DNA from: Candidatus Pacearchaeota archaeon
Lineage (GTDB): Archaea > Nanobdellota > Nanobdellia > Pacearchaeales > GW2011-AR1
NCBI GenBank assembly: GCA_018304145.1
Contig: JAGVWU010000002.1
Coordinates: forward strand, 1-47,408
DNA length: 47,408 bases
Reading direction: 5' to 3'
Positions 27,901 through 37,385 of the stretch are shown here, piece by piece; positions within the stretch are counted from its first letter, which is position 1, and every line of letters starts with the position of its first letter. Both the position numbers and the translations under genes were made by a program. Below the pieces are notes generated by a model, which was not told the origin of the DNA, did not search any database, and worked only from the letters and a program-made list of their open reading frames with translations.

Positions 27901-28346
27901 TAAGCTTTAATGTAAGTTTCTCCTTTTTGAGTTTTTTCAGTTTTAATTCCAGTATAACCTTCAATTGGAGAACTTACCACCCCCAGAGTTGTATATGCAA
28001 AGCCTACTCTAATTCCTGCATCCATTGCTTGCATTTGATTTTCAAATTTGCAATATTTTTCCTGCGCTATTTCTTCGGCAATTTTTAAACTCACAGAGGT
28101 TTCTAATGCCCCATATTGTTTTTCAAGCTCCAATATCCTATTGATAATATCCTCTCTATCTAACTGGGAATAAATTGTAGCGATAAGACGAACTACCTTT
28201 GCAGCCATTGTTAAAGCAAGAGGCACTTCAACTTCATCTTTTGGGTCGAGACCTTTAGCTCTTGCTAATCTTGCTATTGAATAATTTTTTTCAATTTCCT
28301 TTCCTAGACTTTCAAAGTATAGCTCAGTTTCAGGTGCGAGGGACAT
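24906..28346 (-). CDS. polC: DNA polymerase D large subunit DP2
   Basis: FSGPIRSAGTT, RFRYGRSR, RMGRPEKA, KDGTIRYD, catalytic RRDCDGDE, RGGTQDAPLVL, zinc fingers; no intein seen. Confidence 0.97.
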   Translation of the reverse strand: MSLAPETELYFESLGKEIEKNYSIARLARAKGLDPKDEVEVPLALTMAAKVVRLIATIYSQLDREDIINRILELEKQYGALETSVSLKIAEEIAQEKYCKFENQMQAMDAGIRVGFAYTTLGVVSSPIEGYTGIKTEKTQKGETYIKAYFSGPIRSAGTTAAGIGVLIIDYIRQLFGFARYDPTEQEAKRTVTELYDYHERINNLQYLPTEQEAFFIGKNMPIQITGEPTEKREVSNFKNLSRIETDFIRGGFCLIIGEGLAQKAKKILRLLKGAQKNGFQIKDWEWLEEYVELHEKRDTGKTDSSPTYIKDLVAGRPVFGHPGKGFRFRYGRSRVAGFSAASIHPATMAITDNFIATGTQLKIEKPTKGCCITPCDLIDGPIVKLENDSVKKLSSYEEAKKLYKDIKEIIYLGDILFPLGDVMNRNSVLIKPGYVEEWWNLELEKAGGKIKDYYNVTLEESIELSQKYSIPLHPSYIFYWTQINYEEFLGFADWFNHSRISDEKLLFPFNSSEKQRFQLGKRALELLGIPHEIHIENVILNEIDTKALLINLGFDKYSCELNLDFDFKSETQALEVINKLSKFKIKDKAGEFIGSRMGRPEKAKLRKLTGSPNVLFPVGKEGGKLRSVNAALEIGYVHGDFPFYYCDSCKKETIYRVCEICSQRTSEKHFCNLCKREMDGICQIHQKQNKFKNTKIDIKHYLDKSRQKLNYLKTDIPELIKGIRGTSSENHNIEDLIKGILRAKYHLCVNKDGTIRYDMTELPISHFKPKEIEVSVEKLRELGYTQDCLREELINDEQILELKPHDIIIPCNSECGDEKADNVFINVAKFLDELLIKLYNLPSFYNIKKREDLVGQLGVCMAPHNCAGVICRIIGFSKVQGLLASPYMHAAMRRDCDGDEAAMMLLLDVLINFSRAFLPSHRGGTQDAPLVLNGKIYAREVDDQILDFELVNNYPLDLYEKAEQKFHSSEIKIEMVKQRIGRGEDPYINTGFTHDTDNFNQGATCSSYKTLPTMKEKVFSQMLLCTKLRSVDQSDVARLIIERHFMKDLKGNLRKFTQQNFRCGKCNEIFRRPPLNGKCTNCGNPKLIFTISYGSIIKYLEPALDLTKNFNVPPYIKQDLELTKRYIESIFGKETEKQESIEKWF

Positions 28347-28399
28347 TTTTGTCTCGTGATTCCAAATTTTTATTTAATTTTTCAGGTTCTAATTTGAAA

Positions 28400-29077
28400 T
28401 CACTCGTAACCTCCTTTAATATGTTCTAAGAGTTCCTGCCAACTTTCAACAGGAGTAATATGATTTTGAGGATTATTTTGATTTTGATTATCTCCATTTA
28501 ATTTTCTTAATCTACTCCAATCTCTTTCATTCCAAGGTTTTCTTAATAGCAAAACATTTACTCTTCTTTGAGCAATAGTTTCTGCATAAGCAAGACAATC
28601 TTCAACAAAATAATCTAAGCCTAATTCCTGACAAATAGTTGCTTTTGAAAAACTTGCTCCTTCTCCATCATGAAAATCATTGGAATGATGAACTGTTGAA
28701 GGAGTAGCTGGAAATCTTGTTCTAAGTAATCCAATGGTTTTTACTCTAAACATTAAAGGCCTTGAGGTAACGATTTCTAAACATCCATCTGATAAAGATG
28801 CTAATTCTAAAACTCCTTGTTGTGCTCCTGGAACTAAAGGCATTTCGTCAAATTCAGGGGAAGCATAATATTCTTGAAATAATCTCATAGCCTCTGGTTT
28901 ATCTTTTCCAATTCCCAGTTCCCATAGCCAATAAGATTTAATGTCTTCAAATCTAAGTCTGGTTCCATATCTCTGATTATGAAAATTAACAAAACTTGGG
29001 ATGGTATCTGGAATAACATCATCATAATCAAGACCTATTTTTAATTTTTTTTTGTTCATTTTATTTTTTATCCTCAC
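28400..29077 (-). CDS. HAD-family 5'(3')-nucleotidase (NT5C-like)
   Basis: IGLDYDDVI, IVTSRP, K..C..LGLDYFVED, KPWN. Confidence 0.85.
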   Translation of the reverse strand: MRIKNKMNKKKLKIGLDYDDVIPDTIPSFVNFHNQRYGTRLRFEDIKSYWLWELGIGKDKPEAMRLFQEYYASPEFDEMPLVPGAQQGVLELASLSDGCLEIVTSRPLMFRVKTIGLLRTRFPATPSTVHHSNDFHDGEGASFSKATICQELGLDYFVEDCLAYAETIAQRRVNVLLLRKPWNERDWSRLRKLNGDNQNQNNPQNHITPVESWQELLEHIKGGYE

Positions 29078-29604
29078 AATTTCAAATCCTCATTTAATTT
29101 TTCAGATTCTGATTTGGAATTGCTCGTCCATTCATTTTGTTTAGTTCCTTTAAATAAATTTTCAAGCATTTCAAGCTCTTCATAAATTCCTTCGATTAAG
29201 TCATAATCCTTTGCTTCTTCCAAAGAAACCCAGGCATGAGAAGTCATATCATTGCTTAAATTAACATCCCCTGATAAATAATCTGCATATAAGCTAATAA
29301 CTAAAACAGGAATATTGTCAGGGCGTATGAATGTCATGCTTGTCAAGTATTTTATATTTTCAATCTCCAAACTTGTTTCTTCTTTTATTTCTCTTTTTAA
29401 TAAAACCTCTAAAATATTATACCAATGCTCTTTTGTATCTTTAGGTTTATTAACATAATCATTAATATCTAATTTTCCTCCTGGAACTGTCCATTTTCCT
29501 GGAAAGGCTTTTTCCCAATCTGCTCTCTTTGTTATTAAATATTTTCTATCTTTGATTATAATTCCAGTTGCAACAACATAATGAAATTTATTTGAATCAG
29601 GCAT
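29074..29604 (-). CDS. NUDIX hydrolase
   Basis: GKWTVPGG..LKREIKEET. Confidence 0.9.
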   Translation of the reverse strand: MPDSNKFHYVVATGIIIKDRKYLITKRADWEKAFPGKWTVPGGKLDINDYVNKPKDTKEHWYNILEVLLKREIKEETSLEIENIKYLTSMTFIRPDNIPVLVISLYADYLSGDVNLSNDMTSHAWVSLEEAKDYDLIEGIYEELEMLENLFKGTKQNEWTSNSKSESEKLNEDLKL

Positions 29605-31222
29605 TTTTCACCTCTTTGCCTTGCTGACAATTAATCTCTTTATTATCCTCTAAACCTTCTGGTTCAGTAAAATCCAGGATTTTTATTTCCCTAGTTTTAA
29701 GATTCAATATTGGAACTTTGCAAGGATCTGGAATGTTCCCAACTTTTTCTTCAAATGCTGTTATTGACTGCCAGCAGGAATTGCAAATTATTATTATTCC
29801 ATGGTAATTATCAATATCTGTTCTGTGCAAATCTGCTGTTGTAATTATATCTGGAACTTCTTTAATCAAAAGAGGATCATCAATTGCATGAGGAATATAA
29901 GTCATATCTCCATGAGAAGGAGCCAAATGCCTCCTTAATAATAAATGTTTGACAACTTTTGCCGGATAATGATGTCCATTAATTAACCTTAATTCTTCTA
30001 TTTCTCCCATTATTGGATGCATGCTTGCGCCATGATACATCAAAATTTTAATTCCAGATTTTTCATTTTGAGACTCAATCTCAATCAAGCTTGGATTGCT
30101 TACTAAAAATAGATTTGGAATTTGATGAAGTGCATAACCAAAATCAGTTCCTATTGGTGGCTGAGGCTCTGCAACCCTGACTGCATCATGCTGTCCTGCA
30201 CAATGAATAATTGATATATGTTGAGGTATTTGCTTATAGAAATCTGCGAGCTTTTCATATTGCTGAGTTATGTCTTTTATTGCAAGGTCTTTTTCCTGCC
30301 CTGGATAAACTCCGACTCCGTCTATGGTATCTCCCACAACAAAAATATATTTTATTTTTTTAAGCAGCTGTTTTTGAGGTTCTGTACAGTTTTCTCCATT
30401 AAGCCAGTTTATGAAATTCTGAAAACTTGTTTCTAAAAAGTTTTTTGAACCTATGTGTATATCTGAAATAAAAAGAGAATAAATTTCATTTTCTGTCTTG
30501 TGTTTTTCAGTTAAAAAAGAGTCTGGATAAAAAAAATCATTGACATAAAGAAAATCCTTGGTTCCTGAACATTTAAATCCTATAACATCATCCAAAAGAA
30601 TTTCCTTTGTTTTTTCATAAATCTCTGGCTTGTTTTGAGTAATCAGGAGCTTGGTTCTGTCAGTTAAATCTTCCACTTCCAAAATAACATTTTTATTTTT
30701 TGTCAGGTTTTTACTTGTAACAATTCCTATTATTGAGAAATTTCTGCTGTTTCCTATTATCTTATCAATAGAGATTAAATTTTCAAGTTCTGGCTTTTGC
30801 TGAAGAAGGGATTTTATGAAAAGAAAACGATTTCTAAAATGCTTGACAAAATCTTTGACTTCTAATTTTTGCGAGGCTAAAACCGGGGAAGAGAGAATTT
30901 TTATAAGAGGTTTGTTCTCTAAAATTCCCTTAGAATCTATAATAGATTCTTTTTTAACTTCAACCAAAATAGAAATATTTACAAAAAATTTTTCAACTAA
31001 TTTCTTTTTTTCATTATTTAGCTCAAATAAAATAGGTTTTATTTTTTCCAGATTCTCATTAACCAAAGTCTTTGTTATTAATTTCTTCTTGGAAATGCTA
31101 GCTATTTTGTCTATTATCTCGTTCGCTATTTCCTCATTTCCAAGTTCATTTAGAAAATTAAACATTTCCTGGTCTAAAAGAAAACCTTTTTCTATAAATA
31201 GCTTCAAAATATTTTGTGACAT
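29597..31222 (-). CDS. polB: DNA polymerase D small subunit DP1 (3'-5' exonuclease)
   Basis: OB fold; SDIHIGS, GDTIDGVGVYPGQ, GQHD, YHG, HLAPSHG, DLH. Confidence 0.95.
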   Translation of the reverse strand: MSQNILKLFIEKGFLLDQEMFNFLNELGNEEIANEIIDKIASISKKKLITKTLVNENLEKIKPILFELNNEKKKLVEKFFVNISILVEVKKESIIDSKGILENKPLIKILSSPVLASQKLEVKDFVKHFRNRFLFIKSLLQQKPELENLISIDKIIGNSRNFSIIGIVTSKNLTKNKNVILEVEDLTDRTKLLITQNKPEIYEKTKEILLDDVIGFKCSGTKDFLYVNDFFYPDSFLTEKHKTENEIYSLFISDIHIGSKNFLETSFQNFINWLNGENCTEPQKQLLKKIKYIFVVGDTIDGVGVYPGQEKDLAIKDITQQYEKLADFYKQIPQHISIIHCAGQHDAVRVAEPQPPIGTDFGYALHQIPNLFLVSNPSLIEIESQNEKSGIKILMYHGASMHPIMGEIEELRLINGHHYPAKVVKHLLLRRHLAPSHGDMTYIPHAIDDPLLIKEVPDIITTADLHRTDIDNYHGIIIICNSCWQSITAFEEKVGNIPDPCKVPILNLKTREIKILDFTEPEGLEDNKEINCQQGKEVKNA

Positions 31223-31235
31223 TTTTCATTTTGAA

Positions 31236-32438
31236 TTAATTTAAATCAAGAGAGCTTATTAAAATATCTCTAGATTTCGTAACGAGATTTTCCGGAATAG
31301 CCAATTTTATCTCTCTCATTCTTCCTTGCCTGCCTTTGCTTATTACTCTTGCACTTATCAATCCAATCATATCAAATTCTGCTAAAATATCGCTCACTCT
31401 CCTTTGAGTCAGGGCTTCGTTATTGGTTTTTTTGCATAAATCGTAGTAAAAATCAAAAACATCTCCTGTAAAAATACCTTCTTTGAATTTATCAGTCAAA
31501 TCAAATATGGAAAACAAAACTAACTGGAATTGTTTTGGAGCATTTTCTATTATATTCAAAATTTTATCCCTTTCAATTTTATCATTAGCTTCGTCTATAT
31601 GTTTTATTTCAATTTTTGAATTTGATATTCTTTCAGCTATTTCTCCTGCTACTCTCAATAAATCCAAAGCTCTTCTGGCATCTCCATGCTCTCTGGCTGC
31701 ATAAGCTGCACATTTGGCTATGACTCCATCTGAAACAACTCCTGATTTAAAAGCTTCTTCAGCTCTTTTTCTTAGAATGTCCTGCAGTTGAAGTGCATTA
31801 TAAGGAGGAAAAACAATTTCCTCTTCTGAAAGAGAACTTTTTACTCTTGGATCTATCATTTCTAAAAATTTTACATCATTGCTTATGCCTATTATAGAAA
31901 TCTGGGTTTTTCCAAGCTCAGAATTTAGTCTCATTAAATTGTATAAAAAATCATCAGAAATTTTTTTAACAGCCTGGTCTATTTCATCTAAGATAATGAT
32001 AAATAGCTTTTCTTTGTTTTTTTCAATCATATCTATAAATTTTTTATAAACTTCATCGGTTGGAAGCCCTGTTTTTGGAACTTCCCCCCCGAGTTTGTTT
32101 ATTAATTCAGCAAAAATACGATATTCTGTGTCTGCGACTTTTTTAAGTTTGCAATTTATATATTCTATTCTTAAACTATCAGTATCTTCAGAACGTTTAG
32201 TTAATTCATTTGCAACATGCCTGACAGAAATAGTTTTTCCAGTTCCAGTGAGTCCATATACAAATAAATTGCTGGTTTTTTGTCCAAGCAAACTTGGAGC
32301 CAAGATAGAAGCTATGTGTTCTATTTCTTTATCTCTATGTGGAATGGTTTCTGGAGAATAATTAGCTTGAAGGACCTGTTTATTTTTAAACAAGCTTCTA
32401 TCACCTACTGAATTAAAAATTTTATCTAGATTAACCAT
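31236..32438 (-). CDS. cdc6: Orc1/Cdc6 replication initiator
   Basis: GLTGTGKT, LDEID, DPRVKSSL, FPPY, HGDARRALDLLR, C-terminal WH with GRQGR. Confidence 0.97.
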   Translation of the reverse strand: MVNLDKIFNSVGDRSLFKNKQVLQANYSPETIPHRDKEIEHIASILAPSLLGQKTSNLFVYGLTGTGKTISVRHVANELTKRSEDTDSLRIEYINCKLKKVADTEYRIFAELINKLGGEVPKTGLPTDEVYKKFIDMIEKNKEKLFIIILDEIDQAVKKISDDFLYNLMRLNSELGKTQISIIGISNDVKFLEMIDPRVKSSLSEEEIVFPPYNALQLQDILRKRAEEAFKSGVVSDGVIAKCAAYAAREHGDARRALDLLRVAGEIAERISNSKIEIKHIDEANDKIERDKILNIIENAPKQFQLVLFSIFDLTDKFKEGIFTGDVFDFYYDLCKKTNNEALTQRRVSDILAEFDMIGLISARVISKGRQGRMREIKLAIPENLVTKSRDILISSLDLN

Positions 32439-33178
32439 TTTTCACCTTTTTTATTTGAGTAATAATTAAAAATATTTATGGTTTATAAATATGATTGTAT
32501 TTTAAAGATTGACCTTGATTTCTTATAAAAAAATACTATAAAAATTGGAAAAACCTCAATAAAACAAGAAAATTATAAAAAATAATAGAAGTTATGAAAT
32601 TTAACACCAACACCATTATTTCCTGTGGAAAACTATAAGAATATGTTAGAAGAATGAATTAAGAATGAATTAAGAATGAATTAAAAGAAATTCAAAAAAG
32701 ATAAATAAATAAGCTATAAAATATAATATATATTATAAAATATATATCTCAATATATATTTAAATATAGATTATTAAAAATATTTATTAAATTATTAATT
32801 TTTATAAAAAAACTGGTTTTATCGAATGAAATTAATATATACTATAAATTAATATATACTATATAATATAATAAAGTTTATAAATAAAAATAAAAAAAAG
32901 AAACCTTTATTTTAGTTTATAAAGGTTTCTATAAGAAAAGAAGGGGTGGGTGGTTAAAGGAGGATAAATGAAATTAAGGAAAAACTGAAGTAAATTAAGG
33001 AAAAACTGAAGTAAATTAAGGAAAAACCTCTTGAAAACAACAGAAAAAACCAGGAAAAAATTAATAAAAACAAGAAAAAAATGTATAAACTCGGGTTAAG
33101 TTTTGCTTAAATATGTTGTTATTAATTATGAGAACAAATCACAGAAAACTTTATAAAGAAATTTTTTATAACTAATCT
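32439..33178. other. candidate oriC / cdc6 control region
   Basis: 740-bp intergenic region; ORB-like box 32609-32630; near-pure AT tract about 32700-32900; degenerate inverted box 32927-32947; tandem repeats (11-mer x3 at 32650, 21-mer x2.7 at 32971). Confidence 0.65.
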
Positions 33179-33439
33179 ATGGCTATTGATAAAAGACCAC
33201 ATAAAGAAGTATTAAATAAACCTGTTGTTACAAAAGAAGGTAAAAAGTTAGGTATTGTAAAGGACATGACTTTTGAGACTAGGACTGGGGAATTGATACA
33301 CATTGTTTTAAGAGATTCAACACCTTATGCAGTTCAATTGAGTCTTGAAAAATCCCAGCAAGGTGAAACTCTTATACCTTACAACTCTATAATAGCAATC
33401 GGCGATTTTGTTGTTGTTTCTGAAGAAGATTTGGTTTAA
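33179..33439 (+). CDS. PRC-barrel domain protein
   Basis: LNKPVVTKEGKKLGIVKDMTFETRTG..IPYNSIIAIGDFVVV. Confidence 0.9.
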   Translation: MAIDKRPHKEVLNKPVVTKEGKKLGIVKDMTFETRTGELIHIVLRDSTPYAVQLSLEKSQQGETLIPYNSIIAIGDFVVVSEEDLV

Positions 33440-33517
33440 GAGTATTATTCATACAAAAGGTATTTTTATTAGTTATAGGAATGTTTAGACAAGGTATTAT
33501 AAGAAATTTACTAAAAA

Positions 33518-33742
33518 TTATTTTAATTTACTTTTTTTCAAATTGCCAATAAAGGCATTGATAGTTGTTAGAGTCTTGGTTATTTTTAATATATCTTTTT
33601 TTGATAAAGAATCATCAAAAAAATAACTCATCTCAGAATTACCAATATTTCCTGCAAAACCATAACTAAGCAACATATCTTATAATATCCTCATCTTTCG
33701 AGAATCCAACCCCTGAACTTTTAATTGATATTTTTGTTCCAT
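33518..33742 (-). pseudogene. small gene with one in-frame TAA
   Basis: MEQKYQLKVQGLDSRKMRIL*DMLLSYGFAG...KSKLK*; internal stop at 33680-33682. Confidence 0.45.
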
Positions 33743-33933
33743 TTAAAGATATATTTTTTTCATTTATAAAATAAATTACAACTTATAGTGAAAGACATAA
33801 ATATTTCACTTATTTTTTATGTCTTTCCCTTGATATCAAAGGCGCAACTGAGAAAATATCAGCGTCCTTTGCTATAAAAGATATTTTGCACTTTACAATA
33901 ATATTTAAAAACCTCTTCTAATATAGATATTTT

Positions 33934-34350
33934 ATGAAAATAGTTGGGTTTAATCTTTTGAAAATCAATGTTGAAAGAAAGGAAAAACTGGAAGATGAAA
34001 AACTTAGTGTCAATCAAAATATAAACATAAAGGATATTACTGGTGATAGAATAATAATCGGAAAAGAAGAAGCCATAAAAGTGAGATTTAATTTTATAAT
34101 TGATTATTCCAATAATTCTGCTAAAATAGATTTTGAAGGATTGGTTATTATTCTTCCTGAAAAAGATGAAGCAAGACAATTTTTAAAATCCTGGAAAGAC
34201 AGAAAGATTCCTGATGAATTCAAAATTCCTATTTTTAATTTTATAGTTGGAAAGTGCACTATAAAAGCCTTAAGTTTAGAGGATGAATTTGCCCTGCCAC
34301 TGCATTTTCCAATGCCAAGATTGCAACCTGAGAATCAGGAAAATAATTGA
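33934..34350 (+). CDS. conserved hypothetical protein (possibly SecB-like fold)
   Basis: MKIVGFNLLKINVER..F.F.IDY..IDFEG..LPLHFPMP; fold is a guess. Confidence 0.75.
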   Translation: MKIVGFNLLKINVERKEKLEDEKLSVNQNINIKDITGDRIIIGKEEAIKVRFNFIIDYSNNSAKIDFEGLVIILPEKDEARQFLKSWKDRKIPDEFKIPIFNFIVGKCTIKALSLEDEFALPLHFPMPRLQPENQENN

Positions 34351-34401
34351 TAAAAACCTTTTGGAAATAGAGTTCTGATAGATTAAAAATTAAAATTAAA
34401 A

Positions 34402-34764
34402 ATGGGAAAAATAAGAGAAATTGGACGACTGAGAGGGTATGTTAATGAAGGAGATTTAATAAGACTGGTTTGCCGAGGTATGCCAGATATGGTTGGTTAT
34501 TATCAGAATTGCATTCCTTTTAATATTCCTGTTGCAGTTTTTTGCAGATCAGAACAATATTATACAGGAAAAATGTGCGATAGGTTTAATGTTAATCTTG
34601 AAGATGGTTTGGCTTGGGATTGTGAAGGACCTTATGAAACAAAAAAATATAAATTAGTAAAGAGAAATGCAAGTGGAAAATCTGAGATAAGAACCTTTGT
34701 TTTCCGAAGAAGAGATAAAAAAGTTACTCATTTTGAGATTATTAGAAAAGTTAAACCCAAGTAA
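34402..34764 (+). CDS. hypothetical protein
   Basis: 120-aa ORF. Confidence 0.65.
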   Translation: MGKIREIGRLRGYVNEGDLIRLVCRGMPDMVGYYQNCIPFNIPVAVFCRSEQYYTGKMCDRFNVNLEDGLAWDCEGPYETKKYKLVKRNASGKSEIRTFVFRRRDKKVTHFEIIRKVKPK

Positions 34765-34929
34765 CTTTTAATTATAGGATAAGAAATTAATTTCCGGACA
34801 ATTTACACTTTCTTATCCTATCTATCAAGGAAAAAATTTTCTGAAAATTTATTTCCGTTGATATAATTATTTTTCTCAGCCATAAAAAATACTTTTTTAT
34901 ATTCAAATTAAAAAGTATTTTTTGGGTGA

Positions 34930-35745
34930 TCAAGAATCATGCTTAACAGAATTTAAAAGATTCTTGACATTTCCAAAATCATATTCTTTATTTTCTTTGT
35001 TATTATAGATTATAACATTAAAACCATTCAATTGTTTTGGAGGAATGATTAAAAATCCATGATTATGCTTCTCTTCATTTAATAACTGCAAATCATAACC
35101 AAAAGTTGTCTCAGAAAAGCTTGGAAGGATGTAAACTAAGAAGTTTTTCCATTTCCCCCTTAAAAAACACTTATATTTTTCCCTTTTATATTCATCTGAG
35201 AGAGTTATTGAAGGATGAAGATGCCCAAGGATTAAAATTTTTGAATCCTTTAAACAATCTTTGTATAATTTATCCCCGTGAATGAAACAAATATCTTTAA
35301 ATTTATAATAATTCTTTAATTTAATCTCTCTTTTTCTTGCAATAGGACCCAGTATATTATCATGATTGCCTTTGATTAAAATTATTTTTTCTCTATTATC
35401 TTTTGATTTAATTTTTGCCAATAAATAATCCAATAAATTTATGGTTTCTCTCCATTCTGCATCTGAAATTTCTCCAAATTCATGCTTTAAATCTCCAAGA
35501 ATAACAATTTTTTTTATTGTTATCTTTCTGCTATTTAAAAAATCAAAGATTCGGTTTAATTTATTTAAAATATCTTTTAATTGCATTCTTTGAAAAAGAG
35601 ATTCTCTATAAAGATATTCTTCATAGCCAATATGCAGGTCAGATAAAACCAGAATTTTTTTGTCTATTAACAAGGAATCTTCTAAAAATTGGATTTTATT
35701 TGTGGGTAGTAAGCTCATTTGCTGATGAGGATTGCTTGATTTCAT
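34930..35745 (-). CDS. calcineurin-like metallophosphoesterase (Lhr-associated MPE type)
   Basis: SDLHIG, GDLKH, KGNHD, HGD, GHLHP. Confidence 0.9.
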   Translation of the reverse strand: MKSSNPHQQMSLLPTNKIQFLEDSLLIDKKILVLSDLHIGYEEYLYRESLFQRMQLKDILNKLNRIFDFLNSRKITIKKIVILGDLKHEFGEISDAEWRETINLLDYLLAKIKSKDNREKIILIKGNHDNILGPIARKREIKLKNYYKFKDICFIHGDKLYKDCLKDSKILILGHLHPSITLSDEYKREKYKCFLRGKWKNFLVYILPSFSETTFGYDLQLLNEEKHNHGFLIIPPKQLNGFNVIIYNNKENKEYDFGNVKNLLNSVKHDS

Positions 35746-35840
35746 AAACTTATGAAAAGAATAGGGATTAAAAATTTATGGTTTTTTATTATATTCTAGA
35801 TACGCTATGTGTTTAAAAAGCAGGATTTTTTCCTTAGGAT

Positions 35841-37385
35841 ATGGGTGATAATTTAAAAGAAGAGTGTGGAATTTGCGGTATTTATTTAAAAAATCCCATT
35901 AAAAATAGTGAATTGATTTCTTATAATCTGGACTTAATGCTGAATCGAATGCAGAGAAGAGGGCAGACTGGATCTGGTATTAGTATTTTTAAAATTAGAG
36001 AAGGTAAGTATGGTAAAGTTCTTAAAACCTTAAAAAAACCCGGGCTTGTTAGCAATCTTTTTGGCGGAGAGAATTTAGATTTAAGAAAAAAAATAATCAA
36101 AGAGAATAATGGGATTGCTGGAATTGGTCATGTAAGATACGGAACATCAGGTAATCGTGGAAATACCTTGGATTTATTACAACCATTTTTAAGAAGACAT
36201 GGAAAAAAGTGGAAAAAGTTTTCAATTTGCTTTAATGGGAATCTAGCAAATTACCCTGAACTCGAGGAAGAATTAAGAAAAAGAGATTATGATTTGGAAA
36301 CTGATGTGGATACTGAGGTAATTATGCATTTATTTTCTCTGGGAATTAAAAAATTTTCTGATGAAAATAATGAGGTTAAACCAGACTTTTTTGATTTATC
36401 AAATTTTGTTATGCAACAAATAGATGGAGCATTTAATATTCTTTTATTGTTTGGAGATGGAAACCTTATTGCAATAAGAGATTCCTATGGATTTAAGCCT
36501 CTTGTTTGGGGGGAGAATCAGGATTTTTATGCAATAGCTTCAGAGAGTGTTGCATTAGAAAGAATAGGAATTAGAGATATTCAAGTTGTGCCTCCTGGAA
36601 GCGTGATTATTTTTAATGCAAATGGTGTTTTTTTAAAACAATTATTTTTTAATCAAAAAAAAGCATTTTGTCAATTTGAAGCTATTTATTTTTCAGATAG
36701 TGGTTCATTGTTTGAAGGAAAATCTATTTATGAAATAAGAAGAAATTTAGGTAAAGAGCTTGCAAAAGCCGAACCTTTAAAAGAGTTTATTAAAAAAAAT
36801 AAAAAAAATTATGTTGTTGTTCCTGTTCCTGAAACTTCGAACGCCGCTGCAGAAGGATTTGCAGAAATCTTAGGGTTATCCTTTAGGCCGCTTGGACTAA
36901 GAAAGCTTGATAAAACCCGCGGATTCATCAACGAGTATGAAAAAAGAGAGGATATTATGAATAGAATTTATGATGTTATTAAAGAAATTTTTCAAGACAA
37001 AGAGGTCTTTTTAATTGAGGATAGTATAATCCGAGGAGAAACCTTAGGCAAAACTATAAATTTGATTAAAAATACTAATCCAAAAGCGATTCATGTTAGA
37101 GTAACTGAACCTAAAGTTTGTCATCCTTGCTTTTATGGGGTTGATATGTCAACTTATGGAGAGTTTATTGCAAATGTTTGTGATTCTTTAAATCTAGAAG
37201 AGGAAATAGCAAAAAAAATTGGTGCAGATACTTTTTTTTATCAAAAATTTGAAGGATTGATAAATTCTTTAGGATTTGATAAAAATGAAATTTGTCATGC
37301 TTGTTTAACTGGAGATTACCCTACTGAATTTGGAAAAAAAAGAGCAGAAGAAGCATTAAAGAAATTCAAAGATCAAAAAATATAA
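35841..37385 (+). CDS. purF: amidophosphoribosyltransferase
   Basis: EECGI Ntn-Cys after a short propeptide, GHVRYGTSG, NGNL, DTE, PVPET, EDSIIRG, PCFYGVD, CHACLTG. Confidence 0.92.
   Translation: MGDNLKEECGICGIYLKNPIKNSELISYNLDLMLNRMQRRGQTGSGISIFKIREGKYGKVLKTLKKPGLVSNLFGGENLDLRKKIIKENNGIAGIGHVRYGTSGNRGNTLDLLQPFLRRHGKKWKKFSICFNGNLANYPELEEELRKRDYDLETDVDTEVIMHLFSLGIKKFSDENNEVKPDFFDLSNFVMQQIDGAFNILLLFGDGNLIAIRDSYGFKPLVWGENQDFYAIASESVALERIGIRDIQVVPPGSVIIFNANGVFLKQLFFNQKKAFCQFEAIYFSDSGSLFEGKSIYEIRRNLGKELAKAEPLKEFIKKNKKNYVVVPVPETSNAAAEGFAEILGLSFRPLGLRKLDKTRGFINEYEKREDIMNRIYDVIKEIFQDKEVFLIEDSIIRGETLGKTINLIKNTNPKAIHVRVTEPKVCHPCFYGVDMSTYGEFIANVCDSLNLEEEIAKKIGADTFFYQKFEGLINSLGFDKNEICHACLTGDYPTEFGKKRAEEALKKFKDQKI

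Noticed and set aside
24906-28346. Intein in DP2 (also checked Cdc6 and Lhr)
   Set aside because: Lengths are normal and no intein terminal or LAGLIDADG motifs were seen
32958-32988. AGGAGG plus ATG in the cdc6 intergenic region
   Set aside because: Frame stops after 6 codons inside the 21-bp tandem repeat
33680-33682. Stop-codon reassignment suggested by in-frame stops
   Set aside because: TAA, TAG and TGA all terminate ordinary genes here and long conserved genes are uninterrupted; decay is the simpler explanation
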